Below are positions 18,708 to 28,822 of a stretch of 64,000 bases of DNA, one piece after another. The first letter of the stretch is position 1. Every line of letters begins with the position of its first letter. A program made the position numbers and the translations under genes. The DNA is taken from NCBI GenBank assembly GCA_009859145.1, contig VRVR01000002.1, positions 1 through 64,000 of the forward strand, written 5' to 3'. Source of the DNA: Andalucia godoyi And28. Taxonomy: Eukaryota > Protista > Jakobida. The notes beneath the pieces were generated by a model. It had not been told where the DNA came from and searched no databases. It was given only the letters and a program-made list of their open reading frames with translations.

Positions 18708-20892
18708 ATGATTCATGATGTTTTGTATGCTCTCGCTGGGTATCCAGGAGACTACATTATGGACACAGGATCTGCGTTTAAGTACTGCGGAGACCCATCT
18801 CTGATCACTCCGTCCGAGAGAGTATGGCGTTTTCGAATTTCTTTTCGTCCTTTGTTTTTTTCTGGTGTCAGTGCTTTCTGTTGACTTTTAGGATTTGACT
18901 AACTTGAACTTGTTCTTCCCTGTGCGGTTTCTGTTTTTATTTTTTTGGTTTCCTTCATTTTTTCTTGGGGGGGTGCGAATGCAGATTTTGCTCGAGCAGT
19001 TGTGCAAGGTGGGTTTCTTGTGCAGGAGTCTGGACGAATTTGTTCGATCCTTGAAGTCGGCGTCGTTGTTTCTCCCGGCGCTGTCGCATGGCGTCCACCA
19101 GATTCTGTCCGGATATCGCTCTCTCCTTGCAGAATGTGAAGAAAGACTGGCCATTGACGCCGTTTTGCCGCTGGCGCAGCTGGAACACATGGTTGCGGAC
19201 TACCGATCTGTGTTTCCTGCGGTGATGGATGTCGTCGATCAGGTTCGAGTATCGGGGGTGTCGGCTGGAAAACTGATGTCCATGCTGTATGATTTGTGCA
19301 AATCGGGAAATCCGGTGCTGCGGAGGAGCATGCAGACCCTGCAAAGTCATGTTCATCGAGTGTTTTTCCGGCAATTGGCCTCATGGATGGTGTATGGAAT
19401 GCTGTACTCGGATGACTTCTTTATTCGAGACCGTCTTGTATCCTCCATGTCCGTGCATGCGAGTCCGAGCCGGAATCCGCTGAGGCCCCAAAGCGTTGTC
19501 AGTCCGGAAAACGCAGCACCGTCGGCTTCTACGATGGAGGACATGCACATTTTTTGGACGCAGCGCTACTCGCTGAATTTTGAGGCATTGCCAGTCTTTC
19601 TCTCTGTTCAAGTGGCGGAAATGATTCTGTTTGCCGGCAAGACCATGCAGATTCTTTCCCATCAGAGCAAGAACGACCAGCGTACCGTCCTCGACGACGA
19701 CGACGACGGCGACGACAATGTACAACCGCTGCGCATGCGGGACGCTGATCGTCGAGCGTCGTATTCCACTGCAGAGTCTTCTGGATCTCCTGCACACGCT
19801 GCGCTCCTTCATCCTTCTGCCGGCGACGTTGTCCGTGGGGAGGAACAGTACATTCTTGCATTGCTCACAGAGATGCAGAACCAATCGATTCTATCTCCCG
19901 CGGCGTTGGAGCAGTCCATCAGTCTGATCCGAAGACGGATTGCTCAGTGCCTGTGGAATGTTGTTGTTGTTGACGCAAGGTTGCCGGAGCACATGGACGT
20001 CATTCGGAATTATTTCTTGCTGGGGCGTGGAGATTTCTTTCAATGTTTTGTTGAAGAGTGTCGCGGTTTGTTCGACGGGATCGGGATTGGGAATGTGAAC
20101 GGCGAATTGGAGTCTGCGTTTTCGAGAGCCGCCACCAGGTCGGCAACTCTAGATGGCGACCCTATGTTTTCCAATCTGACCATTTCGCTGACGAACCCCA
20201 ATTGGTCGCCGGCTGAGGCGGTAGCTCAGATCCAAGCACAGGTCATGCAGCCTCCCATTTCCCTGTACTTCAAACTCCAATGGCCCCTTCAGTTATTTTT
20301 CTCTCCTGAAAAAATGGCTACCTATAATCGCCTGTTTCGATTTCTGTTTGCGCTCAAACGCGTTCAAATTCAGCTGCAGGATGCGTGGGCAACGCTTATG
20401 GAACAGACAGATCTGCGGGCGAAACGAAATCACGAAAACGAAGTGCACTTGTTCAAGCTTCGGCACTCCATGTCCTTTCTGATTGACAACCTCCAGTTTT
20501 ACATTCATGTCGATGTCCTGGAAGTCCAGATTGCAAATCTAATGGAAATCTTTCGTGCGCAAAGCAGGGATTTCGAAGCGCTGCAAAGAGCCCATGCATC
20601 ATTCTTGACGGACATCTGCGAACAGTGCTTCTTTTCCACGCCTGTGGTTGAACGGGTGCTGGAGGATTTGTGCACCAAGGTTCTCCAGTTTTGCTCTTTA
20701 GTCCGTCGTCATTTCGGGGCTGCAGATGCTGAGCCGTTTGATCCCAAAGAGCTGCAAACTGTTAGCGAAGGATTTGATCGCCAAGCGCACTTGCTGTTCA
20801 AGATATTATCTGGCGTTCGTGGTCCTGTGTCTCCGCACCTTGCACAGCTGCTGCTGCGTTTCGACTTCAATCAATATTTCTCTGGAGTCTAA
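18708..20892 (+). CDS. TUBGCP4: Gamma-tubulin complex component 4; exon 1 18708-18821, exon 2 18985-20892
   Basis: Exon 1 encodes MIHDVLYALAGYPG...PSER (the GCP4 N-terminus) and joins in phase 0 to ILLEQLCKVGF. Spc97/98 motifs YFLLGRGDFF and LYFKLQWPLQLFF are present. Confidence 0.9.
18822..18984 (+). other. Spliceosomal GT-AG intron (163 nt) in GCP4
   Basis: GTATGG donor, T-rich body, TGACTAAC branch-like motif at ~18896, TGCAG acceptor. Removal restores the conserved N-terminus in frame. Confidence 0.8.
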
Positions 20893-21105
20893 ACCAGCGT
20901 GTAGTCTGGCATGGGACGTCTCGGGCTTTCGCTACCAAAACTTGTAAATAGGACAGAGCATGCGATGTCTGCACCGTTTCCTGCACGAACGTACGAAAAC
21001 AACAACCTGCAAACAAAGACGAGAATCTGAATCTGTTCGCTTAACAAACCCAAGGTTTGAGGCTGTTTAGGTTGAAGAGCCGGTTCACGTTTTCTTTTCT
21101 TTTTT

Positions 21106-21505
21106 CCACGCGATGCCAATGTACATGACCCCCTGCCACGCTACGCAAGACGTGTGGCATTTCCGCCGCAACCTGACGACGGACATGCATTGCAAGCTTG
21201 CAAAAAGGCTGTGTGAGGGAGCATGACTGCATTCTACTTCCGAAATTCGACCCCCATCTCGTATGGTGCAGAGGGAGTCGGCAGAAGGGAAGAAACAACG
21301 CACTGGAGGGTGCTTGCATGTCCACAGTGTGCATGCCGGATTGGTCGCGATTGAAATGGTGCGCGCAACAGCAATTATCTTGAGAGCGCCCGCAAGGCGT
21401 GTTGGGACCTAACCCCCTTCCCGTCCATGGCGATACGGCTCAGGGTTGCAGCATTTGATTACGCATGACTGGTGATCGTCATGCATACTCAGTGTACAAT
21501 GTAGG
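21106..21505 (+). pseudogene. Family A copy A2: decayed Fanzor2 (IS607-TnpB-like) fragment plus right end
   Basis: RRNLTTDMHCKLAKRLC (21164-21214), +1 shift, REHDCILLPKF (21216-21248), then CPQCACRIGRD*NGARN (21319-21369). Ends in GTGTACAATGTAGG as in A1 and A3. Confidence 0.8.
21385..21505 (+). ncRNA. Candidate omegaRNA region (copy A2)
   Basis: Lies downstream of the RuvC-III motif. 36-nt hairpin 21456-21491 (12 of 14 positions pair) has a different sequence from A1/A3 but the same position and length. Confidence 0.5.
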
Positions 21506-21680
21506 CGTGACGTGCTTCTGTAAATGCCACTGATCAATGCATTTCATTTTTTCTTTTCGTCGTCTTCTTTGTTTTTTTACTGTTGCGCAATACCTCTGGT
21601 TGTCTTTATGACACGACATGTTTGGTCAGCATACGCGCGATTTGCAGATTGCTTTCTTGCAGTACAGTGATGGCTGCAGT

Positions 21681-22319
21681 TTAAATGATTTTCTTCTTGG
21701 ACAAGTACTTCTTCAGGTATATACTCTGGCCAATTCCCATTCCAACGAGCGTGATGAGGGTCAGGAATCCCAGCCACGAGACCCGTCCATACGTTGCTTC
21801 ATTCGTGTTTCGCATGTGCTGCTCCCGATCAACTTGGTTGTGCAGTTCGCTGTATAGCTCTTTAACGACGTCTTCCATATGGCGAAGCTGCACTTCGACG
21901 GGCTTCAAGTGCTCTTTTGTCGCAATTTGGTCGTAGTCGACTGCATTGACGCCCGATCGCAGCTCAAATTCAATACGGCGAACCATGGTCGACGTGTAGG
22001 CGGTCCCAGGAGGAAGCTTGTTGTGGAAGCAAATCTTGTAGTCGCCGCCGTTGTCGTCAGCGACATGTCGAAACAGGGCGTGCTTCTCAACATTCTTTTC
22101 AACAAAAACGATATTCTGCTGCGGCCCGATCACTTCAATGTCAATCTGCTGATAAGGAGCTGGAAGCACGCTGATTTCTCCAATCATTGGACTCTTTCCA
22201 GTCAGTTCTTCCATGAAACAAAGCGACGTCCCGCCTTGAAGATCAAATTCAAATGCAGAGGACAGCACAGCGAGCAATCCGACGCAAACAAGCGCAACTT
22301 CCAGCCGCACCATTCCCAA
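21681..22319 (-). CDS. TMED10: p24/emp24/gp25L family cargo receptor (delta subfamily)
   Basis: Signal peptide, GOLD domain (CFMEE...YKICF), HLKPVEVQLR coiled coil, C-terminal TM and KKKII tail. Confidence 0.9.
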   Translation of the reverse strand: MGMVRLEVALVCVGLLAVLSSAFEFDLQGGTSLCFMEELTGKSPMIGEISVLPAPYQQIDIEVIGPQQNIVFVEKNVEKHALFRHVADDNGGDYKICFHNKLPPGTAYTSTMVRRIEFELRSGVNAVDYDQIATKEHLKPVEVQLRHMEDVVKELYSELHNQVDREQHMRNTNEATYGRVSWLGFLTLITLVGMGIGQSIYLKKYLSKKKII

Positions 22320-22690
22320 AAACCTCTATAGTTGAAAATCCTATCCTTTCTTTTTCTTCTTTTCTTTCCTTCGTCCCTGGGTTGCAGAAGAAGAAGAAGA
22401 AGAAGAAGAAGAAGAAGGAAAGTCGAAAAACAAAAAGTCCAGCAAAGAAATCGACAGTTGTCGTCCATGGTGCCAGGATCAAGGGCTTTGCATCATCCGA
22501 GGGTTGCGACGTCTGTTTTATTTTATTATTGTTGTTTTTAGGAGGGAGAGGACCGATCAAGCATATACTGTACTCGACTGACGAGTGACGCCAAATCTGT
22601 AGTCTTGTACGCGCAATGCACACGAAGAGAACAGAAAGACTGGCACCCGTTCTGTGAGTCAAGATACGCAATGAGCCACCGACACGAGCA

Positions 22691-24727
22691 ATGAGCAACA
22701 AGAATAATCCCGTTTCATCATCAGCGCAGGAAAGGCTGGGTGCTTTTCAGGAATCGCCTATTTATTGGATTTTGAGAAAGTCTGTGCGAGACGAGTTGCT
22801 ACGCATGAAGCCGCTGCCAAAGCAGGACATACAGGATGTTATCATCCGTTTGCTGAACGAGCCAGAGAGAATGTGTCAGGTAGATTCATTTGTGGCTTTG
22901 CAAAGACAGCTGAAACAGGACGACATGCTGAGAACGCAGAGTTTGGGTGTGATTCCGGCGATTGACGAGTGCCAGTGGCGGTTTGGAGAGTTTTTGAAGG
23001 CTCAGATTGTGGAATCGGCTCGGCAGTTACAGGCTCCGCTGGGCCGTCTGAGGACCGAAGCGTCGGAAAGCAAGCGAATTATTCGTGAAGCCACGATCGG
23101 CGAGGATCCTGAGGAAGCCGCAGAGATTGTCAAGTTGGATTTCGAAGGACTCGACATCTACCTCGAGGATTCGTCAGACTCGGATCGCGAAGATGTTGTG
23201 GAGCATACGGCTCCGCCGGCTTCTTTTGTGTCAAGGAGCTCTGGAAGCACCGTACCCTCCGCTCGGACCTCATCATCGCCGAGTTCCATTTCATCCCTGC
23301 TTCCAGCCCCTCCTCCTCCTGCTTCACAAGCATTATCACAGTCATCTTCTTCAACGCAGTCGCAGTCGCAGTCCGTGCAGCCGGCATGGAGACCCATTTA
23401 TACTTGGAAAGTTCTGTACGAAGTGCTGTGTCGGCTGTCATCTCCGAACCGCGACCCGCGATTCCTCAGCGTGTCGTCGATTCGTCTCGAGTTGCCAGTT
23501 CCGGATACCCTCTCTTTGCAACAGATGTTTCAAGACTTGTCGTTGGAAAAGCGGCACATCGGCGTGGATGACATGTTCCCCGAAAATCTCTGGTATGTAG
23601 AGGCTCGCACAAAGAGTGCAGAGAGGATTGTTCGCGATTGGAGCTTCCAGGCGGCCAGAGAATACCTGCGATGTGGAAGTCCGGCCTCTTGTCGACCAGC
23701 GCTGTGGAGACTTGTGACGTCTTCGCTTGATTCTTCATTTTCTTCGACGGTTCGAACAGAACGTTCGCTCACTGCCCTTTTCCAGAATAACTCGTCAAGA
23801 AGGTCAGTTTACAGCTCCGCTTCATTCTCCCGTGGAGCAAAGCAGTCTCCGTTTTCTCTTGGAAGTGCAAACGGTTCGAGCTTTTCCGGTCCTGCGTCTT
23901 CTTTGCTCGGGGAGGTCATTTCCGCAACGCAAACTGGTAGCGAACGTTCCGTGTCGTATTGCAGCGACGGCGAGGTTGCGTATTTTGAGAATCTGCAGGC
24001 GCAAGTGGAAAAGGTGGAACTGTTCACCGATGCTCTGTACCGCATGGACGTCCAGTCTGTCATGAACAGCGACATGTTCTTTGTGTTTGATGATGTCTGC
24101 CAGGAAATGATGCTTGCGTTTTCGAGAGATCCTTGGGTGGCGAAGAACTCTCAAGCTGCTTGGCCACCTCTGTCTCCCGTTTCCTCTTCGGAATCCAGCC
24201 CTTGTCAGACAGCTTATCCTCCATGCAACGTCATTCCGTTTTCCAGCATTGCATACTATGCATCCCCCTTGTTTTACCTGTTTGCCGACAATCGAGACAT
24301 TTATTTTGTGTTTCGCCTAATGTATAGCCGGTACTTCTGCCATCTGCACGTCATTTCTGCGCACCCGCAGTCGATAGTTTCTCTCAGTCGCTTGTTTGAA
24401 GTGCTTGTGCAGCACCGAGCTCCGCAGGTGTTCGTGCATTTGAACAGCCTTGGCATCCCTCCGTTGGAGATTGCTTTCCGATGGATTGTGCATGCGTTCG
24501 CGGATGTTCTCGACATCGACCAGCTCTTTCTGCTCTGGGACCGCATTCTCGGGTTCGATTCGCTGTATGTTATTCCAGTTTTGGCAGCTGCGATTTTCGC
24601 CTTTCGATCGAAACCGCTGCTGGCTGCCCAGTGTGTGGAAGATGTCCGTGACATCATGCGTGACAACAGTCGCATCCGCGTCGTCTCTCTCCTGCAGCAG
24701 TTTCTCTTTGACCCGGAGCTGTCATAG
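22691..24727 (+). CDS. TBC1D19: TBC1 domain family member 19-like Rab-GAP
   Basis: C-terminal YPPCNVIPF, LHVISAHPQSIVSL, IAFRWIVHAF, LWDRILGFDSL and LLQQFLF match the TBC1D19 C-terminal domain. Confidence 0.85.
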   Translation: MSNKNNPVSSSAQERLGAFQESPIYWILRKSVRDELLRMKPLPKQDIQDVIIRLLNEPERMCQVDSFVALQRQLKQDDMLRTQSLGVIPAIDECQWRFGEFLKAQIVESARQLQAPLGRLRTEASESKRIIREATIGEDPEEAAEIVKLDFEGLDIYLEDSSDSDREDVVEHTAPPASFVSRSSGSTVPSARTSSSPSSISSLLPAPPPPASQALSQSSSSTQSQSQSVQPAWRPIYTWKVLYEVLCRLSSPNRDPRFLSVSSIRLELPVPDTLSLQQMFQDLSLEKRHIGVDDMFPENLWYVEARTKSAERIVRDWSFQAAREYLRCGSPASCRPALWRLVTSSLDSSFSSTVRTERSLTALFQNNSSRRSVYSSASFSRGAKQSPFSLGSANGSSFSGPASSLLGEVISATQTGSERSVSYCSDGEVAYFENLQAQVEKVELFTDALYRMDVQSVMNSDMFFVFDDVCQEMMLAFSRDPWVAKNSQAAWPPLSPVSSSESSPCQTAYPPCNVIPFSSIAYYASPLFYLFADNRDIYFVFRLMYSRYFCHLHVISAHPQSIVSLSRLFEVLVQHRAPQVFVHLNSLGIPPLEIAFRWIVHAFADVLDIDQLFLLWDRILGFDSLYVIPVLAAAIFAFRSKPLLAAQCVEDVRDIMRDNSRIRVVSLLQQFLFDPELS

Positions 24728-24798
24728 CAACAGTAATTTTTCAATTAATTAAATTTTAAAAAAAGAACCCCAAAGAAAGGAAAGAACTGTAGGCCGCT

Positions 24799-25180
24799 CG
24801 CCAAAACATGAATCCCAATTGGGGAGGGGGGGCCGCATCACCTCTTCAATGCAGATTGCTCTGCATCAAAAGGGTCATCGTTTCTTCTTCTTCATCTCCA
24901 CCTCCGACGAGAGCGGATCAACGGGTTTCTTGGTTCCCCGTGTCTTCAGGCATGGCCGGATCTGATCTTGTCGGGAAGTTCCCTCTCTGGAGCCATGCGA
25001 TGTAGTTTGTCTTTGTCACTGATGAAAGATGCTGCTTGAGGGTTCGACTATAAATATGAGAAACAAACAGAAAATAACAGAAAGGAGAAGAAATGAGTGC
25101 AGAATGAGAGAAATTCTGGACTTGACTACGGTACGAAAATCGTATTGTTTTGATGTTCAACGTTTCATACACAAAGCTGT
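24799..25180 (+). repeat. Family B dispersed element, copy B2
   Basis: 3' part is near-identical to B3/B4; 5' part and internal junction resemble B1; same terminal motifs. Confidence 0.9.
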
Positions 25181-25260
25181 AGTTCGTACAATGCCTTTTC
25201 CCAGTTTCTCTTTTTGGATCTTCCCTGTGTCTCACTTTGCGAACGGCGACCACGGCGACC

Positions 25261-25977
25261 ATGACGAGTACAGTATCGTTGTGCTCCACCCATCATCTGC
25301 GAGAGCTGTTTCTTCGTGCTCTCGCAGCCCTTCCATTGCAAACCAAAAGAAGGTCTCATGGCGGCCAGAAGGAACGGAACCGGAGTGTGGAAGGAGAATG
25401 GGAAGGACTACGACAGGTTTTCCAGACGTATTGCAACGGCTCGGACGGGGACGCCGTCTTGTTCCAGCACATCAAGGCTGCCGTGAAGTTGTGTTCGCAG
25501 TCGAATATGCAGCCTCCTTACAAGCCCTCGCTGCTCGATGTCTGCCGGGGCTCGGCAGTGTACGTACCTCCAGCGCCAGTTCGCGTGCGATCGCCAGAGC
25601 TCGAGGCACGTGTGCAGAGACTGAAACGAGAGCTAGAGCAAAAGGAGTACAATCGAATGGTGAAAGACGTGAACTCGCTGGAGATCAAGGAGAAGAATCG
25701 AGACAGCTTCGCAACGTACGGTGCGTCAATCACGACTGGCCTGCAGCTTGGGATGACGGTGTTTACACTCGTGACCATTGGACTGTACGCCGGAAAACAG
25801 TGGTATCCTGATGAAAAGTCTGCCCAGCTTGTATGCTGTGCGTTCTTTGGCATCGGCGGTCTCATGATGGAGGCAACCTTGTATATTATCAAAATGTATC
25901 GCGAAGACTGGAAAGCCGGTAGGCGGAAGAAACAGCAACAATTCGAATCCAAGATGGGTATCAGTAAACTGGACTGA
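25261..25977 (+). CDS. TMEM199: V-ATPase assembly factor Vma12/TMEM199-like
   Basis: GSAVYVPP...RSPELEARVQRLKRELEQKEYNRMVKDV motif followed by a two-TM hairpin. Confidence 0.85.
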   Translation: MTSTVSLCSTHHLRELFLRALAALPLQTKRRSHGGQKERNRSVEGEWEGLRQVFQTYCNGSDGDAVLFQHIKAAVKLCSQSNMQPPYKPSLLDVCRGSAVYVPPAPVRVRSPELEARVQRLKRELEQKEYNRMVKDVNSLEIKEKNRDSFATYGASITTGLQLGMTVFTLVTIGLYAGKQWYPDEKSAQLVCCAFFGIGGLMMEATLYIIKMYREDWKAGRRKKQQQFESKMGISKLD

Positions 25978-26255
25978 TTTATTTTTTCACGTGCTCTATG
26001 TGACCTGCGTGCACGGACGATGACAGAGAGAGACAACGGCGTCAATTGCGGCTGCGAGGAAAGTTTTCTGTCGAACTGCCCGCCAAAGCTGCGGATCCTT
26101 TCCTGTTTTGCCGTGTTTGTTTGCTCATTTCTTCCGCAGCATTTGCACCAAAAAATAATTAATTAATTAAAATAAGTAAAGGTAACGCTGCACGACTCTC
26201 TTTTTTTATTATTATTATTAATTTAATTAAAAAAGAAATCTCATTTTGAGGAAAT

Positions 26256-26546
26256 ATGGAGTTTCGCCACAATCCTGCAAAATCGAAATTCTCAGTCTTC
26301 TTTGCGGACGGCTCCGAAGGCGTTCTGGACTACTGCCAGTCGACAGACGACCCAAACGAATTTGTGCTGCCCCATGTGGAGATTCCCGCTTCGCAGCGAG
26401 GAAAAGGAGCTGCTGAAGCTCTGGCGACATTTGCCTTTGAGCAGCTCGCAAAGATTGACAAGGTCAAACTGGTCGTTACCTGCCCGTATTTGGTCAACAA
26501 GTTTCTACCTCTCAATCCACAGTTTGCGCGACTTGTCAAGCGTTGA
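26256..26546 (+). CDS. Small GNAT-like acetyltransferase (YjdJ/NATD1-like)
   Basis: HVEIPASQRGKGAAEAL and VVTCPYL match the minimal GNAT 'Acetyltransf_CG' pattern. Confidence 0.85.
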   Translation: MEFRHNPAKSKFSVFFADGSEGVLDYCQSTDDPNEFVLPHVEIPASQRGKGAAEALATFAFEQLAKIDKVKLVVTCPYLVNKFLPLNPQFARLVKR

Positions 26547-26822
26547 CCTTGGCATTTTCAACGCGCTCATTGCGGTACCAAACACCTCCCTCCTCCATAC
26601 CCCCTCTCTTCCACCCTCTGCTAGCTGTTGCCATTTGATGAAAGGAAAGAAGAATAAATTTTAAAAACGAAAGAAAGAAAGAAAGAAAGAAAGAAAGGAA
26701 AAAAAAATTGAAATATTGTACTAGTGTGTGTTTTTCTCATGATACGAAGAACTTGGGAAGATTGTCGAATATGTACATGTATGTGCATTTCAAGGTATAA
26801 ATTAGACTTGCACTCAAAAAGA

Positions 26823-28472
26823 TCACACGTGCTCGAATATGGAGCGGAATGCACGGCCGTCTTCTTCACAGTCTGTTCGAAACTGAAGGCTTTCCAGCGA
26901 CAAGCACGAGCACCTGCATGCTGCAAGAAATGCACCAACTTTGAGGATGGTTTCTGGAAGGCCGAACTGGCGAACAAGATCCGAAAACGGAATCACGAGC
27001 ACTGGGGTTGCTCCGGAAAGAAAAGCGAAATTGCTCCATGGAATGTACCGTGTGGCTTCGTCAACGTCACTAACAACAAATTCATTTGACTGCAGCACAA
27101 CGTTCAACAGTGGATACTGGCTCAACAGTCGGAGCAACGGACAAACGCACTGTGAGACTTGCGACACGTTCCAGAGAAACGAAACCTTGCGCGGATGCAA
27201 TCGCTGAACAACATGGCTTTTTTGAAAGCGCTCGATTGCTCTTGCACTTTCCGATGGGCAGTATGTCAGCTGGATGCTCGTGACAATGGGAAGCTGCGAC
27301 AGCCGGATCAGAAGAAGACCACGATGATCCGATGCCGCAGAGACAGGGAAGGAAAGGTCGTCCGGAATGTCTTCAAGAGAGACAACCAAGCTGATGCTTG
27401 ATGAAAGCGCAGTGGAATGTTCAGACAAGCATTCGCACAGCTCCAAAATCGGCTGCGCGTTTTGCGGCTCCCAAACGATCTGTCCTTTCATGACAATGCG
27501 CCCCTTGAGCTTTCTGAAGATGTCGCAAAACGCACTCGTGTTCCAAAACGCGGGAGCGACACCAGCTATAAAATCCATGGATCCATAGATTCTTGCTGGT
27601 TCATACTTGCCACAACGCAGCAACATCCCCAGACATTTCTCCGCAGCCAGCACGTCTGCAAACGAAAACAACGCTGCACGCCACAGAAAGCGAAGGTGTT
27701 GGGCGTCACGGTACTTTTGCTCAAATGCTTCAAGGTTGAACAGCTCCGTGTGCCGCATGTCCTGAAGGCACACATATTTTGTAACGTCAACGGGTAAGCG
27801 ACTGTCAAAGAGGAGTGCGTCCGAGCCTCGGATGCCTTGGAACACCTCCACTTGTGCACGCTTCGGCACCCAGCGTTCCACAAAGGACTGAAGCTCAAGT
27901 GCATTTTCTGGATCCCAATAAAACACTTTGAGACACAAATGAGAGTGCTCCGACAACAGGATGCAAACACGGTTTAGATCTCCCGCAGAGACTGTCACGG
28001 AGCAAGCATTCGCAAATGCCACTTGGTGCGGAAACAGTTTCTGCAACGCAGATCCTGCTTCCAGCTCGTGGATTGACGCAGCGTCGTCCGAACTTCCTAC
28101 CTCCAGCGATACAAACGGCCATGACTGCAGCAGGTTCTTCGCACTCGAAATTGACAACGACTTTGAAGAAAGACGTGCAGAAACGGCCAGCCGGTCACCA
28201 TACATGGACTTCCATTGGCCCAAGCTGGACATGATTTCGCTCGAAAATTCCTTGCATTCTATCAGCATGGCCATTTCGATGGTGCAAAAAGGGTGATCAT
28301 GCAGAATCCTTGGAATCCACTCAATGTACCGAAACCGCGGAAAGGAAAATCGCACACGAAACGAACACAATCGCATTCGCTGGAGAACTGTGTGGCTGAC
28401 AAGATACACAAAGGCCTCATTTGCAAACCCATGAACCCGTGATAGGATCGTTGGTGGAAGATCCTCCAGCAT
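26823..28472 (-). CDS. Hypothetical protein with F-box-like N-terminus
   Basis: Long ORF. Likely start MLEDLPPTILSRV at 28472; the upstream in-frame part is microsatellite/UTR-like. The LxDLPxxIL pattern is F-box-like; the rest is unrecognised. Confidence 0.65.
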   Translation of the reverse strand: MLEDLPPTILSRVHGFANEAFVYLVSHTVLQRMRLCSFRVRFSFPRFRYIEWIPRILHDHPFCTIEMAMLIECKEFSSEIMSSLGQWKSMYGDRLAVSARLSSKSLSISSAKNLLQSWPFVSLEVGSSDDAASIHELEAGSALQKLFPHQVAFANACSVTVSAGDLNRVCILLSEHSHLCLKVFYWDPENALELQSFVERWVPKRAQVEVFQGIRGSDALLFDSRLPVDVTKYVCLQDMRHTELFNLEAFEQKYRDAQHLRFLWRAALFSFADVLAAEKCLGMLLRCGKYEPARIYGSMDFIAGVAPAFWNTSAFCDIFRKLKGRIVMKGQIVWEPQNAQPILELCECLSEHSTALSSSISLVVSLEDIPDDLSFPVSAASDHRGLLLIRLSQLPIVTSIQLTYCPSESARAIERFQKSHVVQRLHPRKVSFLWNVSQVSQCVCPLLRLLSQYPLLNVVLQSNEFVVSDVDEATRYIPWSNFAFLSGATPVLVIPFSDLVRQFGLPETILKVGAFLAACRCSCLSLESLQFRTDCEEDGRAFRSIFEHV

Positions 28473-28822
28473 GCTTACACCCCCAGATCTCTTTCTCTTA
28501 TGTCTCTTATGTCTCTCTCTCTCTCTCTCTCTCTTACACACCCACAGTCTCGGAGACGTACGCCCAACACACACACGCACCCAATCCAGACGTACTGTTT
28601 CGTGTCGTGTCAAGTTGTGTATCGAGTTGCACAGTGCGGGAAATCGGGGGATTTGGTGTGGAAGAACAGTGTTTATTTTTCTGTACAGCAGACACTGCTT
28701 GGAAGAACATCCGCGTTGAGCAGACCACAGAGACGTGAAACATAAATTAGGGGACAGTGCGGGAGACTGGCAGATTGTACTAAGAGGGAGGGGGGAGTCG
28801 TCTTTTGCGTGGATCGAGAGAG

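Noticed and set aside
21350-21356. TGA at conserved Trp/Arg positions in relics, suggesting a UGA-reassigned genetic code
   Set aside because: Intact genes (NRAMP, the cyclase, TMEM199) end in TGA and use TGG for Trp; these stops are pseudogene mutations.
25005-25068. Hammerhead-ribozyme-like core in family B (GTTTGTC ... CTGATGA ... GAAACAAAC)
   Set aside because: Stem III pairs in B2, but only 7 nt (1 nt in B1) separate the cleavage triplet from CTGATGA, so there is no stem I. There is no stem II, and B1 lacks GAAAC. CTGATGA is better explained as codons L-M-K.
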